From the NCBI GenBank assembly GCA_050261135.1, contig JBLNCZ010000015.1, positions 16,941 to 80,940 on the forward strand: a DNA stretch of 64,000 nt, given 5' to 3'. The DNA is from Bacillota bacterium. GTDB taxonomy: Bacteria > Pseudomonadota > Alphaproteobacteria > Sphingomonadales > Sphingomonadaceae. The number at the start of each line of letters is the position of its first letter. The first letter of the stretch is position 1. The position numbers were made by a program, and so were the translations under genes. The notes under the pieces are model-generated. The model saw only the letters and a program-made list of their open reading frames with translations. It was not told the origin of the DNA and did not search any database. Below, in pieces: positions 20,362-29,893 of the stretch.

Positions 20362-20411
20362 CGGCCGCAGAGCGTGGACGGTGCGGACGCACGCGGCTAG
20401 GAGCCGCGCCC

Positions 20412-22652
20412 ATGGACGTTCTGGAAGCTTCCCGCATCACTCCTGAAATGGTCGCCGAGCACGGGCTCAGCGAAGAGGAATACAGCCGCATCCTGAAGGC
20501 CCTCGGCCGCGAGCCGAACCTGGTCGAGCTCGGCATCTTCTCGGTGATGTGGTCGGAGCATTGCAGCTACAAGAGCTCGCGCGTCCATCTCAAGAAGCTG
20601 CCGACCAAGGCGCCGTGGGTGATCCAGGGGCCGGGCGAGAATGCCGGCGTCATCGACATCGGCAACGGCGATGCCGCCATCTTCAAGATGGAGAGCCACA
20701 ACCACCCTTCGTACATCGAGCCCTACCAGGGGGCGGCGACCGGCGTCGGCGGCATCCTGCGCGATGTGTTCACCATGGGCGCGCGTCCCGTCGCCAACAT
20801 GAATGCGCTGCGCTTCGGCCGGCCCGATCACCCCAAGACGCGGCACCTTGTCGCGGGGGTCGTCGCGGGCATCGGCGGCTACGGCAATTGCGTCGGCGTC
20901 CCCACCGTCGGCGGCGAGGTCAATTTCGACGCAGCCTACGACGGCAACATCCTGGTCAACGCGATGACCGTCGGCGTAGCAAGGACGGACAAGATCTTCT
21001 ACTCGGCCGCGACCGGCATCGGGAATCCGATCGTCTATGTCGGATCGAAGACCGGGCGCGACGGCATCCACGGCGCGACCATGGCCAGCGCCGATTTCGA
21101 CGAGGACAGCGAGGAGAAGCGGCCCACCGTCCAGGTCGGCGACCCGTTCACCGAGAAGCTGCTGATCGAGGCCTGCCTCGAGCTGATGGCGACCGACGCC
21201 ATCGTCGCCATCCAGGACATGGGCGCGGCCGGCCTCACCTCCTCCTCCGTCGAGATGGCGTCCAAGGGCGGCGCGGGCATCCGCCTAGACATGAACAAGG
21301 TGCCGTGCCGCGAAGAAGGCATGACGCCCTACGAGATGATGCTCTCGGAGAGCCAGGAGCGGATGCTGATGGTGCTGAAGCCGGGCCGCGAGGCCGAGGC
21401 CGAGGCGATCTTCCGCAAGTGGGAGCTGGACTTCGCGGTCATCGGCGAGGTCACCGACACCGGCCACATGGTGCTCGAGTTCAACGGCGAGGTCGTGTGC
21501 GACATCCCGCTCGGTCCGCTGGCGGACGAGGCGCCCTGTTACGAGCGGCCCTTTACGATCCCGCAGCCGCCGCGGCCGCTGAGCGACATTCCGGAAAGCA
21601 GCGACGTCGCCGCCGACCTCGTCAAGCTCATGGGCTCGCCCAATCTCGCCAGCCGGCGGTGGATCTGGGAGCAATACGACCAGTCGGTCGGCGCCGACAC
21701 GGTCCAGCGGCCGGGCGGGGACGCGGCCGTCGTTCGCGTCCACGGCTCGAAAAAGGCGCTCGCAATTACGACCGATTGCAACCCGCGCTACTGCTACGCG
21801 GACCCCGTCGAGGGCGGCAAGCAGGCGGTCGCGGAAGCCTATCGCAACCTGTGCGCCGTCGGCGGGAGGCCGCTCGCGATCACCAACTGCCTCAATTTCG
21901 GCAACCCGCAGCGGCCCGAGATCATGGGCCAGTTCGTCGGCTGCCTCCAGGGCATGGCCGAGGCCTGCGAAGCGCTCGACTTCCCCGTCGTGAGCGGCAA
22001 CGTGTCGCTCTACAACGAGACGAAGAACGAGGACGGGAGCAGCCTCGCCATCCTGCCCACGCCCGCAATCGGCGGCGTCGGGCTGCTCGACGACTGGCAG
22101 AAATCGGCAAGCATCGCGTTCAAGGACGAAGGCGAAACACTGGTGCTGCTCGGCCACTCGACGGGACACGTCGACCAGTCGCTGTGGCTCGAGGTCTGCC
22201 ACGGCCGCCGCGAGGGGGTTCCGCCGCCCGTGGATCTGGCGGTCGAGCGCCGGCTCGGCACGCTCGTTCGCGATCTCATCGCCAGCGGCAAGGTCACCGC
22301 GGTGCACGACGTCAGCGACGGCGGGGCATTGGTCGCCATCGCGGAGATGGCGCTCGCCGGCAGCATTGGCGCCGAAGTCAAGCTGCCTACGGCGTCAAAT
22401 CCCGCAGCGGTCCTTTTCGGTGAAGACCAGGGCCGCATGCTCGTGACCACCCGATCGCCCGAAGCTGTCCGCGCCATTGCCAATGCCGCGCAGATCTTTG
22501 CGATAGACATCGGCACGACTGGGGGCGACGCGATCGTCATGAGGTCGAGCAAGACGGGTGCGTCGCAGGCCGTCTCCCTGTCAGACCTCCGCGCGGCGCA
22601 CGAAGAATTTCTCCCCAAGCTGATGGGGGGCGAACTGACGCCGGAGTTCTGA
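20412..22652 (+). CDS. purL: Phosphoribosylformylglycinamidine synthase subunit PurL
   Basis: ORF 20412..22652, 746 aa. Contains [43 protein letters not shown] and the duplicated AIR-synthase-like domains. Confidence 0.96.
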   Translation: MDVLEASRITPEMVAEHGLSEEEYSRILKALGREPNLVELGIFSVMWSEHCSYKSSRVHLKKLPTKAPWVIQGPGENAGVIDIGNGDAAIFKMESHNHPSYIEPYQGAATGVGGILRDVFTMGARPVANMNALRFGRPDHPKTRHLVAGVVAGIGGYGNCVGVPTVGGEVNFDAAYDGNILVNAMTVGVARTDKIFYSAATGIGNPIVYVGSKTGRDGIHGATMASADFDEDSEEKRPTVQVGDPFTEKLLIEACLELMATDAIVAIQDMGAAGLTSSSVEMASKGGAGIRLDMNKVPCREEGMTPYEMMLSESQERMLMVLKPGREAEAEAIFRKWELDFAVIGEVTDTGHMVLEFNGEVVCDIPLGPLADEAPCYERPFTIPQPPRPLSDIPESSDVAADLVKLMGSPNLASRRWIWEQYDQSVGADTVQRPGGDAAVVRVHGSKKALAITTDCNPRYCYADPVEGGKQAVAEAYRNLCAVGGRPLAITNCLNFGNPQRPEIMGQFVGCLQGMAEACEALDFPVVSGNVSLYNETKNEDGSSLAILPTPAIGGVGLLDDWQKSASIAFKDEGETLVLLGHSTGHVDQSLWLEVCHGRREGVPPPVDLAVERRLGTLVRDLIASGKVTAVHDVSDGGALVAIAEMALAGSIGAEVKLPTASNPAAVLFGEDQGRMLVTTRSPEAVRAIANAAQIFAIDIGTTGGDAIVMRSSKTGASQAVSLSDLRAAHEEFLPKLMGGELTPEF

Positions 22653-22701
22653 TGTCGTTCGGCAAGTACAGCATGCGCGCCTGATGCGGCGCGGCAAGTA
22701 G

Positions 22702-22730
22702 TTGCGAATAAGTCGCATTATCGGTATATA
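22702..22730 (+). promoter_or_regulatory. Sigma70-type promoter candidate TTGCGA-N17-TATATA for bfd, with an embedded Fur-box-like sequence
   Basis: TTGCGA at 22702-22707 and TATATA at 22725-22730. GCGAATAAGTCGCATTATC (22704-22722) matches 12 of 19 positions of the GATAATGATAATCATTATC Fur consensus by my alignment. The -10 element ends 7 nt before the bfd GTG. Confidence 0.45.
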
Positions 22731-22737
22731 GCCGCAC

Positions 22738-22929
22738 GTGATCGTCTGTTCCTGCAACGTCATCCGCGAGGATGAGATTCGCGCCGCGGCCCGCAAAGGC
22801 GCACGCACGGCCGAAGCGGCCTATGCGACGATGGATTGCGAGCCGCAGTGCGGTTGCTGCCTCGACTATGCGCAGGAGCTCATAGACGAGGAGCTCCCCA
22901 AACGGCCGAAGCTCCGGGCCGTCGCCTGA
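22738..22929 (+). CDS. bfd: Bacterioferritin-associated ferredoxin (BFD-like 2Fe-2S)
   Basis: ORF 22738..22929 with a GTG start. Reads MIVCSCNVIREDEIRAAA...CEPQCGCCLDYA, giving the four-Cys BFD pattern. It lies directly upstream of bfr. Confidence 0.9.
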   Translation: MIVCSCNVIREDEIRAAARKGARTAEAAYATMDCEPQCGCCLDYAQELIDEELPKRPKLRAVA

Positions 22930-22985
22930 CTTGACCTGAGCCGCCGCTCCGACGCATGGCCGCTGCGCCACGCGGGAGGATCGGC

Positions 22986-23471
22986 ATGAAGGGCGACCCC
23001 AAGGTAGTCGAGCTGCTCAACGAAGCGCTGAAGGCCGAGCTCACGGCGATCAACCAATATTGGCTGCACTATCGGCTGCTCGACAATTGGGGCGTGAAGA
23101 AGCTCGCGGAGTTCGAGCGCCAGGAATCCATCGACGAGATGAAACACGCCGACCGCTTCGCGGAACGTATCCTGTTTCTCGACGGGCTCCCCAACTTCCA
23201 GGCGCTCGGCCGGCTGCGGATCGGCGAGAATGTCGAGGAGATCCTGAAGGCGGACCTCGAGGCCGAGCTGGAGGCCGTGCAGATGTATCGCGAGGGCGCG
23301 CGCTATTGCGAAAGCGTCAACGACTTCGTCAGCCGTGATCTCTTTACCGACGTGCTCTCGACCGAGGAGCATCACGTCGACATGCTCGAAACCCAGTTCG
23401 AGATGATCGCGCGGATGGGAATCCAGAACTACGTCCAGCTCCAATCCGAGCCGGCCGACGACGAAGACTAG
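22986..23471 (+). CDS. bfr: Bacterioferritin
   Basis: ORF 22956..23471 trimmed to ATG 22986 (GGGAGGA Shine-Dalgarno upstream). Reads MKGDPKVVELLNEALKAELTAINQYWLHYRLLDNWG...EEHHVDMLETQ. Confidence 0.95.
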   Translation: MKGDPKVVELLNEALKAELTAINQYWLHYRLLDNWGVKKLAEFERQESIDEMKHADRFAERILFLDGLPNFQALGRLRIGENVEEILKADLEAELEAVQMYREGARYCESVNDFVSRDLFTDVLSTEEHHVDMLETQFEMIARMGIQNYVQLQSEPADDED

Positions 23472-23902
23472 ATCCGCCCGAATCCCTGGTTGCTGACCTT
23501 GCGCCCGAACCCGACGGGCGCCGAGCGGCTGACCAGCGGGTTGGTCGCCTTGTCGAACAGGTCCACGGTCTGGTTGAACAGCCGCTTCAGCTCCACCACC
23601 TGCGGGACGAGCTCGTCAGGGAAGCGGTGGGTCTCGACGCACAGGCGCGCCGTCGTTTCGATTAATTCCGCGATCTTGGCGAGCGGTTCCGCGCCGAGCT
23701 GGCGCGATTCGCCCTTCAGGGTGTGCGCGGGGATGACGAGCGCGGCGGTGTTCTGGCTGTGCATCGCGTCCTCGATCTGCGCGATCGACTTGACGCCATC
23801 TTCCTTGAAATAGCTGAGGATTCGGATGAACCCAGGGCCGAGCTCCGCCCGGCTCTTCTCGAAATGCCCCCAGTCGACGATGTCCCGAGCCTCGCCGCTC
23901 AC
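23468..23902 (-). CDS. Single-domain histidine phosphotransfer (Hpt) protein
   Basis: ORF 23468..23917. Hpt signature PAHTLKGESRQLGA is present. GTG 23902 is preferred as start because GAGGAG lies 7 nt upstream. It sits downstream of der on the same strand. Confidence 0.8.
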   Translation of the reverse strand: MSGEARDIVDWGHFEKSRAELGPGFIRILSYFKEDGVKSIAQIEDAMHSQNTAALVIPAHTLKGESRQLGAEPLAKIAELIETTARLCVETHRFPDELVPQVVELKRLFNQTVDLFDKATNPLVSRSAPVGFGRKVSNQGFGRI

Positions 23903-23982
23903 ACCAAAGCTCCTCAACGGGCCGGACGATCCGGCCGTGGTTCCACAGCCCGAGAATTACGGGCCGAACGGTAAATTTCTCC

Positions 23983-25335
23983 TTAGCGGCGGTTGCGGTC
24001 GAAGGGATTGGAGCGGCCGCGGAAATCGAGCCGGAGCGGGACCGGGCCGAGCTCCAGGTCCCGCCGCATCGCGTTCAGCAGGTACCGGCGGTAGCTCTCC
24101 GGCAGCTCTTCGAGGCGATTGCCGAACACCACGAAGCTGGGCGGGCGCGTCTTCACCTGCGTGATATAGCGCAGCTTGATCCGCTGGCCCTTCGGGGCCG
24201 GCGGCGGGTTGGCGTCGATGGCGCTTTCGAACCACCGGTTGAGCTCGCCCGTAGGGACGCGCTTGCTCCACGCCTCGCGCAGCTCGAACGCGACCTTGAG
24301 GATCATGTCGATCCCCTTGCCCGTCTTCGCAGAGACGGTGAGCAGCGGCACGTCGCGGAGCTGCGCAAGCCCTTCGGCGAGCGCTCCCTTGATGCCGTTG
24401 AACAGCGAGGACGCGTTTTCCGCGACGTCCCACTTGTTGACCGCGATGATCAGCGCGCGTCCTTCCTCGATCACCTGGCTCGCGATTTTCAGGTCCTGGG
24501 ACTCGAGCCCGCGCGTCGCATCGAGCAGCAGGACCACGACTTCGGCATAGTCGAGCGCGCGCTTGGTGTCGGCGGCGGAGAGGCGCTCGAGCTTGTCGTC
24601 GATCTTGGCCCGCTTCCTCAGGCCTGCGGTGTCGACGAGCTGGACGGGACGGCCGTCCCATTCCCACGGGATGCTGATCGAATCGCGCGTGATCCCGGCT
24701 TCGGGGCCGGTGATCATCCGCTCCTCGCCGAGCATCGTGTTGACCAATGTGGACTTGCCCGCGTTCGGCCGACCGACAATCGCCAGCTTGAGCGGCGCTC
24801 CTTCGCCAGGATCTTCGTCTTGCTCTTGCGCTTGCTTCCCTTCGACGAGCGGCTGGAGGGCCTGGAAGAGGTCGGCGACGCCTTCGCCGTGCTCGGCGCT
24901 GATCGCCACCGGTTCACCAAGGCCGAGCCGATAGGCATCGAGGATGCCGCTTTCGCCGGCATTCCCTTCCGCCTTGTTGGCGACGATGATCACCGGCGTC
25001 CTCTCGACGCGCAGCCAGCGGCCGATTTCCTCGTCGAGCGGAGTGAGCCCTTCGCGCGCGTCGATCAGGAACAGCGCGGCATCGGCTTCCCGAACAGCGG
25101 CCTCGGTCTGCTGCCGCATCCGGCCGGGGAGGGTATGCGGATCCTCGTCCTCGAAGCCCGCGGTGTCGATCACCCGGAAGTCGAGTCCGAGCAGCGACGC
25201 GTCGCCTTCACGCCGGTCGCGCGTCACTCCGGGCCGGTCGTCGACCAGCGCGAGGCGCTTGCCGACGAGGCGGTTGAAGAGGGTGGATTTGCCGACGTTG
25301 GGCCGGCCGACGATCGCGACGGTCGGAATGGGCAT
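23983..25335 (-). CDS. der: Ribosome-associated GTPase Der (EngA)
   Basis: ORF 23983..25335. Two tandem GTPase domains with G1 loops GRPNVGKST and GRPNAGKST, plus a KH-like C-terminus. Confidence 0.96.
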   Translation of the reverse strand: MPIPTVAIVGRPNVGKSTLFNRLVGKRLALVDDRPGVTRDRREGDASLLGLDFRVIDTAGFEDEDPHTLPGRMRQQTEAAVREADAALFLIDAREGLTPLDEEIGRWLRVERTPVIIVANKAEGNAGESGILDAYRLGLGEPVAISAEHGEGVADLFQALQPLVEGKQAQEQDEDPGEGAPLKLAIVGRPNAGKSTLVNTMLGEERMITGPEAGITRDSISIPWEWDGRPVQLVDTAGLRKRAKIDDKLERLSAADTKRALDYAEVVVLLLDATRGLESQDLKIASQVIEEGRALIIAVNKWDVAENASSLFNGIKGALAEGLAQLRDVPLLTVSAKTGKGIDMILKVAFELREAWSKRVPTGELNRWFESAIDANPPPAPKGQRIKLRYITQVKTRPPSFVVFGNRLEELPESYRRYLLNAMRRDLELGPVPLRLDFRGRSNPFDRNRR

Positions 25336-25374
25336 GGCGATGGCGATAGCAGCGCCTGAGCGGCGCTGCGACCC

Positions 25375-26712
25375 CTAGCGGTAGGCGTGCAGCCGCGCGT
25401 CGTCGTCGTAGATGTAGAGCGTCGAATCCGCGACCACGGGCGGAAGGCTGACCGGCGCGCCGACGCTGAACTGCGAGAGATAGTTGCCGGTCGCCGGATC
25501 GAGCTGGATCACCTGCCCGTTCGAAGCCGTCAGGATCAGGCGATTGCCGGCAAGCACCGGGCCCGAATAGTCGATGTCGCCCTTCTTGGACTTGGGATTT
25601 TCGAACTGCGGCAGCTGGTTGATCCAACGGATGTGACCGTTCTGCCGGTAGATGCAGACGAGCTTCGCGTCGCTGGTGACGACGAACACCCAGTCGCCCG
25701 CGACCCAGGGCGTCGAAATCCCCGCCATGTTGAGCTCCCACATGCGCTGGCCCGAGACGATGTCGAGCGCGACCATGCGGCCGCCGGCGCCGATCGCGAA
25801 CACCTGTCCGCTGTCGATCACCGGGTCGGCATCGATGTCGGAAAGAGATGAGACGCTCGTGCGGATGCTGGTCCGCTGCAGCGTGTCCTGCCACACCTGC
25901 CGGCCGTTCTCGTAACGGTAGCCGTTGAGCTCGCCCGACGAGAAGCCCGCCACGACGGTGCCCTGGCCGACCGCCGGCGAAGCGGCGCCGAAGATGCCCG
26001 CGATTTCCAGCGAGGCGGCCGCGGACCAGTTGGTCGAGCCGTCCTCTTCCTTGAGCGAGTAGATCTGGTTGTCCTGGCTGATCACATAGACCGCGCCGTT
26101 GGCGACCGTCGGCGCGCCGCGCAGAGGGCCGCCTGGGCGAACCTTCCACAGGATGCCGCCGGTCTGCTCGCTGAGCGCGGAGACGAAGCCGAGGCCGTTT
26201 GTGGCGAAGATGCGGCCGTTATCATAGGCGATTCCGCCGCCGTAAATGGAGGGGGTGTTGCTCCTCTCCTCGTAGGGCGTCTGGCTGGCCCAGTACATTG
26301 CGCCGTTCTTGGCATCGAACGCGCGCACCGCACCCAAAGTGTCGATCGTGTAGACGCGGCCGTTGGCGACGATCGGCGGCGCGGCGAGACGCGCCGTCGG
26401 GCTGGTTCCGCGGCCGGCCTGGACGGTGAATGCAGGCTGCAGCGCATTGCCGAGGGCGAGGTGACCCATCGAGTTGCTCGCGCTCCCGCCGGACTCGGTC
26501 CAGGCGGGGTTCGGGTTGGCCGGCGGCAGACTGAACGGAAGAGCGCGCGTCGCGGGATCGACGGCGACGTCGTTCTCGCTCGTCAGCACCGGGATGCGCT
26601 GGCCGAGGACCGGAGTCTCCGGCCGATGACCCTTCTTGAACAGGCTGCATCCGCCCGAAGCCAGCGCTGCCGCGATCAGCAGTGCGAAGGTAAAATTCCT
26701 GGATTTCGTCAT
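25375..26712 (-). CDS. bamB: Outer membrane protein assembly factor BamB (PQQ-like beta-propeller lipoprotein)
   Basis: ORF 25375..26712. Lipobox LASGGC, then repeated propeller blades (GRVYTIDTLGAVRAFDAKNG, GAVYVISQDNQIYSL and others). The yfgM-like / bamB / der neighbourhood is conserved. Confidence 0.88.
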   Translation of the reverse strand: MTKSRNFTFALLIAAALASGGCSLFKKGHRPETPVLGQRIPVLTSENDVAVDPATRALPFSLPPANPNPAWTESGGSASNSMGHLALGNALQPAFTVQAGRGTSPTARLAAPPIVANGRVYTIDTLGAVRAFDAKNGAMYWASQTPYEERSNTPSIYGGGIAYDNGRIFATNGLGFVSALSEQTGGILWKVRPGGPLRGAPTVANGAVYVISQDNQIYSLKEEDGSTNWSAAASLEIAGIFGAASPAVGQGTVVAGFSSGELNGYRYENGRQVWQDTLQRTSIRTSVSSLSDIDADPVIDSGQVFAIGAGGRMVALDIVSGQRMWELNMAGISTPWVAGDWVFVVTSDAKLVCIYRQNGHIRWINQLPQFENPKSKKGDIDYSGPVLAGNRLILTASNGQVIQLDPATGNYLSQFSVGAPVSLPPVVADSTLYIYDDDARLHAYR

Positions 26713-26719
26713 TCTTGTC

Positions 26720-27418
26720 CTACTGCGCCTGTGGGCCGATGGCCGTGCTCGCGTCGGCGCCGAGGCTGCCGGAAATCTGGATCGCCCGGTTGCGGATGGA
26801 CTCGGGCACGCTCTGGTCCTTGGCGAGCCTGGCGAACAGCTGCCCCGCCTGCTCCTTCTTGCCCGCCTTGATCAGCGCCAGCGCGGTCATCTCGCCGGCG
26901 GTTCCGAACCAGGCATTGCCCGGCTTTGCGAGCGGCTCGAGGCGCGCGATCACCTGGTCCGGCTTCAGCGTGTCGAACTCGAGCGCGGTCTGGCGGATCA
27001 GCGCGGCGTCGCGGTACGGCTGGGGCAGCGAGCTGTCGTCGCTGATCTTCCCGTAGGTCGCGATCGCGAGCTTGGTGTCGTTCTGCTGGATGGCGAAGGC
27101 GGCGCGAGTGAACAGCGCCGTCGCGCGGACGCCCTTGCTCCCGCTGTTCGACAAATCGTCGAGCTGCTGCGCAGTCTTCGACGTGTTGCCGACGCCGATG
27201 TCCTTGTAGATCTGCGCCAGCTCCTCGACCTGGGATTCGGCATGCTGCTGGCGGTATTGCTGGTACCAGATGATCCCGCCGCAGGCGGCAAGGAACAGGA
27301 CCAGGCCGCCGATCAGCCAGGCGCTATTCTCCTTGAAGAAGTCGCGGATGCGGTCGCGCCGCAGGTTCTCGTCGACCTCTTTGACAAAGGTTTCCGTAAT
27401 GTCCGGGGGTTGCGCCAA
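26720..27418 (-). CDS. YfgM-like membrane-anchored tetratricopeptide-type protein
   Basis: ORF 26720..27418. Cytoplasmic N-terminus, a single TM (WLIGGLVLFLAACGGIIW) and a helical periplasmic domain. It lies immediately upstream of bamB, as yfgM does in other proteobacteria. Confidence 0.75.
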   Translation of the reverse strand: MAQPPDITETFVKEVDENLRRDRIRDFFKENSAWLIGGLVLFLAACGGIIWYQQYRQQHAESQVEELAQIYKDIGVGNTSKTAQQLDDLSNSGSKGVRATALFTRAAFAIQQNDTKLAIATYGKISDDSSLPQPYRDAALIRQTALEFDTLKPDQVIARLEPLAKPGNAWFGTAGEMTALALIKAGKKEQAGQLFARLAKDQSVPESIRNRAIQISGSLGADASTAIGPQAQ

Positions 27419-27537
27419 AGACGTTCCTCAGTCCGCTTGCCAGGGATTCCTCTTGCCGATCGCTCCCCTTCCCCACCCGAGATGAACGGAAGCTGGCGGC
27501 GGCTCGTCTAGCCGCTACGGCGCGAAAGGCAAAGGGG

Positions 27538-28257
27538 CTAGCGGTGCCGCTTCTGGACGTACAGGTAGCGTTCGTCGAAGGACGCCACCTCTTTCAGCGC
27601 TTCGAGGTCGTGGATCCACAGCCGCCGCCCCTCGAGGTCGATCAGCCCCCTTCGCCGCAACTCCTGCAGCGTGCGGTTCACGTGCACCGATGTGAGTCCC
27701 AGGCATTCGCCCAGCTCCGTCTGGGTCAGCGGGAAATCGTAGCTGTTGCCCACCGCGAGGTCGACGATTCCGAGCCGCACGTTCATTTCGCAAAAGAGAT
27801 GCGCCATGCGCGAGATCGCGGTCCGGCTTCCGACCGACAATGTCCATTCGCGCTGGATCGCCGCGTCGATGTTGGTCATCAGCCAGTAGAGCCGCGCGAG
27901 ATGCGGGAAGCGCTCCATCACCTCGCGCAGGCGCTCATGCGGCACCAGCGCCAGGCGGCACGGCGTGAGCGAAATCACGTCGTGGTCGAGATATTTGAGC
28001 GTGAAGCTGTGGAGGTCGGCGAAGTCGCCCGCGACATGGAGCTCGGCGAGCTGCCGCTGGCCGTTGGGCAGGTCCTTCGCGCGAGCCAGCCAGCCCGAGA
28101 GAAGCATGGTGGAATTGTGGAGGTCCTGGTCGTGGCGAATGACGGTGCGATCCTGCTGCACCTCGACCACTTCCGAGACCAGCGAGCGCACCGCCTCCTC
28201 CTCCGCGTTGCTGAGATCGTCCCTCGCGCGGAGCTTCTTCAGATGCGCTTCGATCAT
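27538..28257 (-). CDS. Crp/Fnr family transcriptional regulator
   Basis: ORF 27538..28263 (GTG); ATG 28257 is preferred. cNMP-binding-like N-terminal domain and C-terminal HTH LTQTELGECLGLTSVHVNRTLQELRRRGLI. Confidence 0.88.
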   Translation of the reverse strand: MIEAHLKKLRARDDLSNAEEEAVRSLVSEVVEVQQDRTVIRHDQDLHNSTMLLSGWLARAKDLPNGQRQLAELHVAGDFADLHSFTLKYLDHDVISLTPCRLALVPHERLREVMERFPHLARLYWLMTNIDAAIQREWTLSVGSRTAISRMAHLFCEMNVRLGIVDLAVGNSYDFPLTQTELGECLGLTSVHVNRTLQELRRRGLIDLEGRRLWIHDLEALKEVASFDERYLYVQKRHR

Positions 28258-28319
28258 CGACACCTGCCTGGATCGCGTGGCCAGCTACGCGACAGGACGG
28301 CGCAGGATCTTCACACTGC

Positions 28320-28580
28320 TCAGACGCCGTCGGGAATCGCTGCCTCGCCGCCACTAAGGTCGGATACGCTGAGCGTCACCACGTTTCTCGCCACCATCTC
28401 GCCGTCTTCGTCGATCTGAACCTCGACGGACGAGTTCGGCGCACCCGACGCGATCGCTTCCGCAACGACCCTGGACGCGGTCGCCACCGCCGCCCTGCGC
28501 GCGGCTTCGAGCGAGGGATAATCGGCCTCGTCGACGCTTTCGAACTCGGAATTGGTCATGCGGATTCGGTAGCGTGGCAT
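28320..28580 (-). CDS. Small hypothetical protein resembling the DUF6894 family
   Basis: ORF 28320..28580. Reads MPRYRIRM...DYPSLEAARRAAVATASRVVAEAI...VQIDEDGEMVARNVVTLSV, which matches the MPRYxF...D.eG pattern I associate with DUF6894. Not searchable here. Confidence 0.6.
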   Translation of the reverse strand: MPRYRIRMTNSEFESVDEADYPSLEAARRAAVATASRVVAEAIASGAPNSSVEVQIDEDGEMVARNVVTLSVSDLSGGEAAIPDGV

Positions 28581-28624
28581 GAGCGCCCACTACGCCGGAA
28601 GAACGCGCCCGCTACTTACCTGGG

Positions 28625-29512
28625 TTAGGATTGGGGCTTCGGCCGGTAGGTCTGGTCGGCGGTCGGGAAGCTGCGCGCACGCACTTCCTCGGCGTAGGTG
28701 CGGGCGGCATCCGCGATGCGGGTCGCAAGATCGTCATAGCGCTTCACGAAGCGCGGCGTGCGCTCGAACATGCCGAGCATGTCGTCGATCACGAGCACTT
28801 GTCCGTCGCACTCCGCCGAAGCGCCGATGCCGATGATCGGCGCGTGGACCTCCTGCGCGATCCGCGTCGCGATCTCCTCGATCACGCCTTCGACGACGAT
28901 GCAGAAGGCGCCTGCATCCGCGACGGCTTTCGCGTCGGCGATGATCTTTTCGGCTTCGCGCTCTTCGCGGCCGCGCGCGCCGTAGCCGCCGAGCACGTTG
29001 ACCGCCTGGGGAGTGAGGCCGACATGGCCGATCACGGGCACCCCGCGGTGCGTCAGGAGGTCGATGGTCGGCGCCATCGCCTCGCCGCCCTCGAGCTTCA
29101 CTGCCGCGCAGCCCGTCTCCTTCATGATCCGCGCCGCGGATTCGAACGCCTTCTCGGGCGATCCCTCATAACTTCCGAACGGCATGTCGACGGCGACGAG
29201 TGCGTGCCAGCTGCCACGGACGACCGCCGCTCCGTGCGCGCACATCATCTCCATGGTCACCGGGATCGTCGACGGGAGGCCGTAGATGACCTGGCCCAGG
29301 CTGTCGCCGACGAGAAGCACGTCGCAATGCGGATCGAGCAGCTGCGCCATGCGCATCGTGTAGGCGGTGAGCATGACGATCGGCTGCTCGGTCCGGTAGC
29401 CGTTCGCGTCCGCCGCCTTGCGGGCGCGGATCGACGGCGCCGTCATGCGCTTGCCCGGGACCGGCGACGGCGTCGCCCGGCTGGTGCTCGTGTCGATAGT
29501 GAAGGTCGACAT
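28625..29512 (-). CDS. panB: 3-methyl-2-oxobutanoate hydroxymethyltransferase
   Basis: ORF 28625..29512. Contains [35 protein letters not shown] and GHVGLTPQ. Confidence 0.95.
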   Translation of the reverse strand: MSTFTIDTSTSRATPSPVPGKRMTAPSIRARKAADANGYRTEQPIVMLTAYTMRMAQLLDPHCDVLLVGDSLGQVIYGLPSTIPVTMEMMCAHGAAVVRGSWHALVAVDMPFGSYEGSPEKAFESAARIMKETGCAAVKLEGGEAMAPTIDLLTHRGVPVIGHVGLTPQAVNVLGGYGARGREEREAEKIIADAKAVADAGAFCIVVEGVIEEIATRIAQEVHAPIIGIGASAECDGQVLVIDDMLGMFERTPRFVKRYDDLATRIADAARTYAEEVRARSFPTADQTYRPKPQS

Positions 29513-29651
29513 GGCGGCGGCTTCTAGCCGCGCGTCCCTCGTACCGCCAGTGGGGCCATGTTGCGCACCCGTAACATCGGGAACTTTACAGCCGTATCAC
29601 TCGTCCAGCAGTCAAGTGCGCGGGTGCGCCCGCGTGAAAGACGTGGAGTTG

Positions 29652-29834
29652 ATGATGATCGACCGCCAATTGGTGGGCGACGTTCTTCTGGCCGCACTTC
29701 TCGCTGTGCCTACCGCAGCGCTCGCCAGGCCCGACGTCCCGAGAATCCAGACGGCAGCAGCGCCTGCGAAGGCGCATGTGCCGGTAACCGCCCTCGCCAC
29801 CGCCGCCGACCGCCAGGTCGGACTGTTCCGATAA
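29652..29834 (+). CDS. Possible small secreted protein (60 aa), weakly supported
   Basis: In-frame tail of ORF 29418..29834: MMIDRQLVGDVLLAALLAVPTAALARPDVPRIQ... The leader is signal-peptide-like and GGAG lies just upstream. The start region coincides with a TTGAT-N4-ATCGA palindrome, so it may be regulatory DNA rather than coding. Confidence 0.3.
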   Translation: MMIDRQLVGDVLLAALLAVPTAALARPDVPRIQTAAAPAKAHVPVTALATAADRQVGLFR

Positions 29835-29893
29835 CAGCGATTGTAACGCGGTACCGCGCTTATTAGCCTGTGCTTCTCCGGGGGGAGAAGTGC

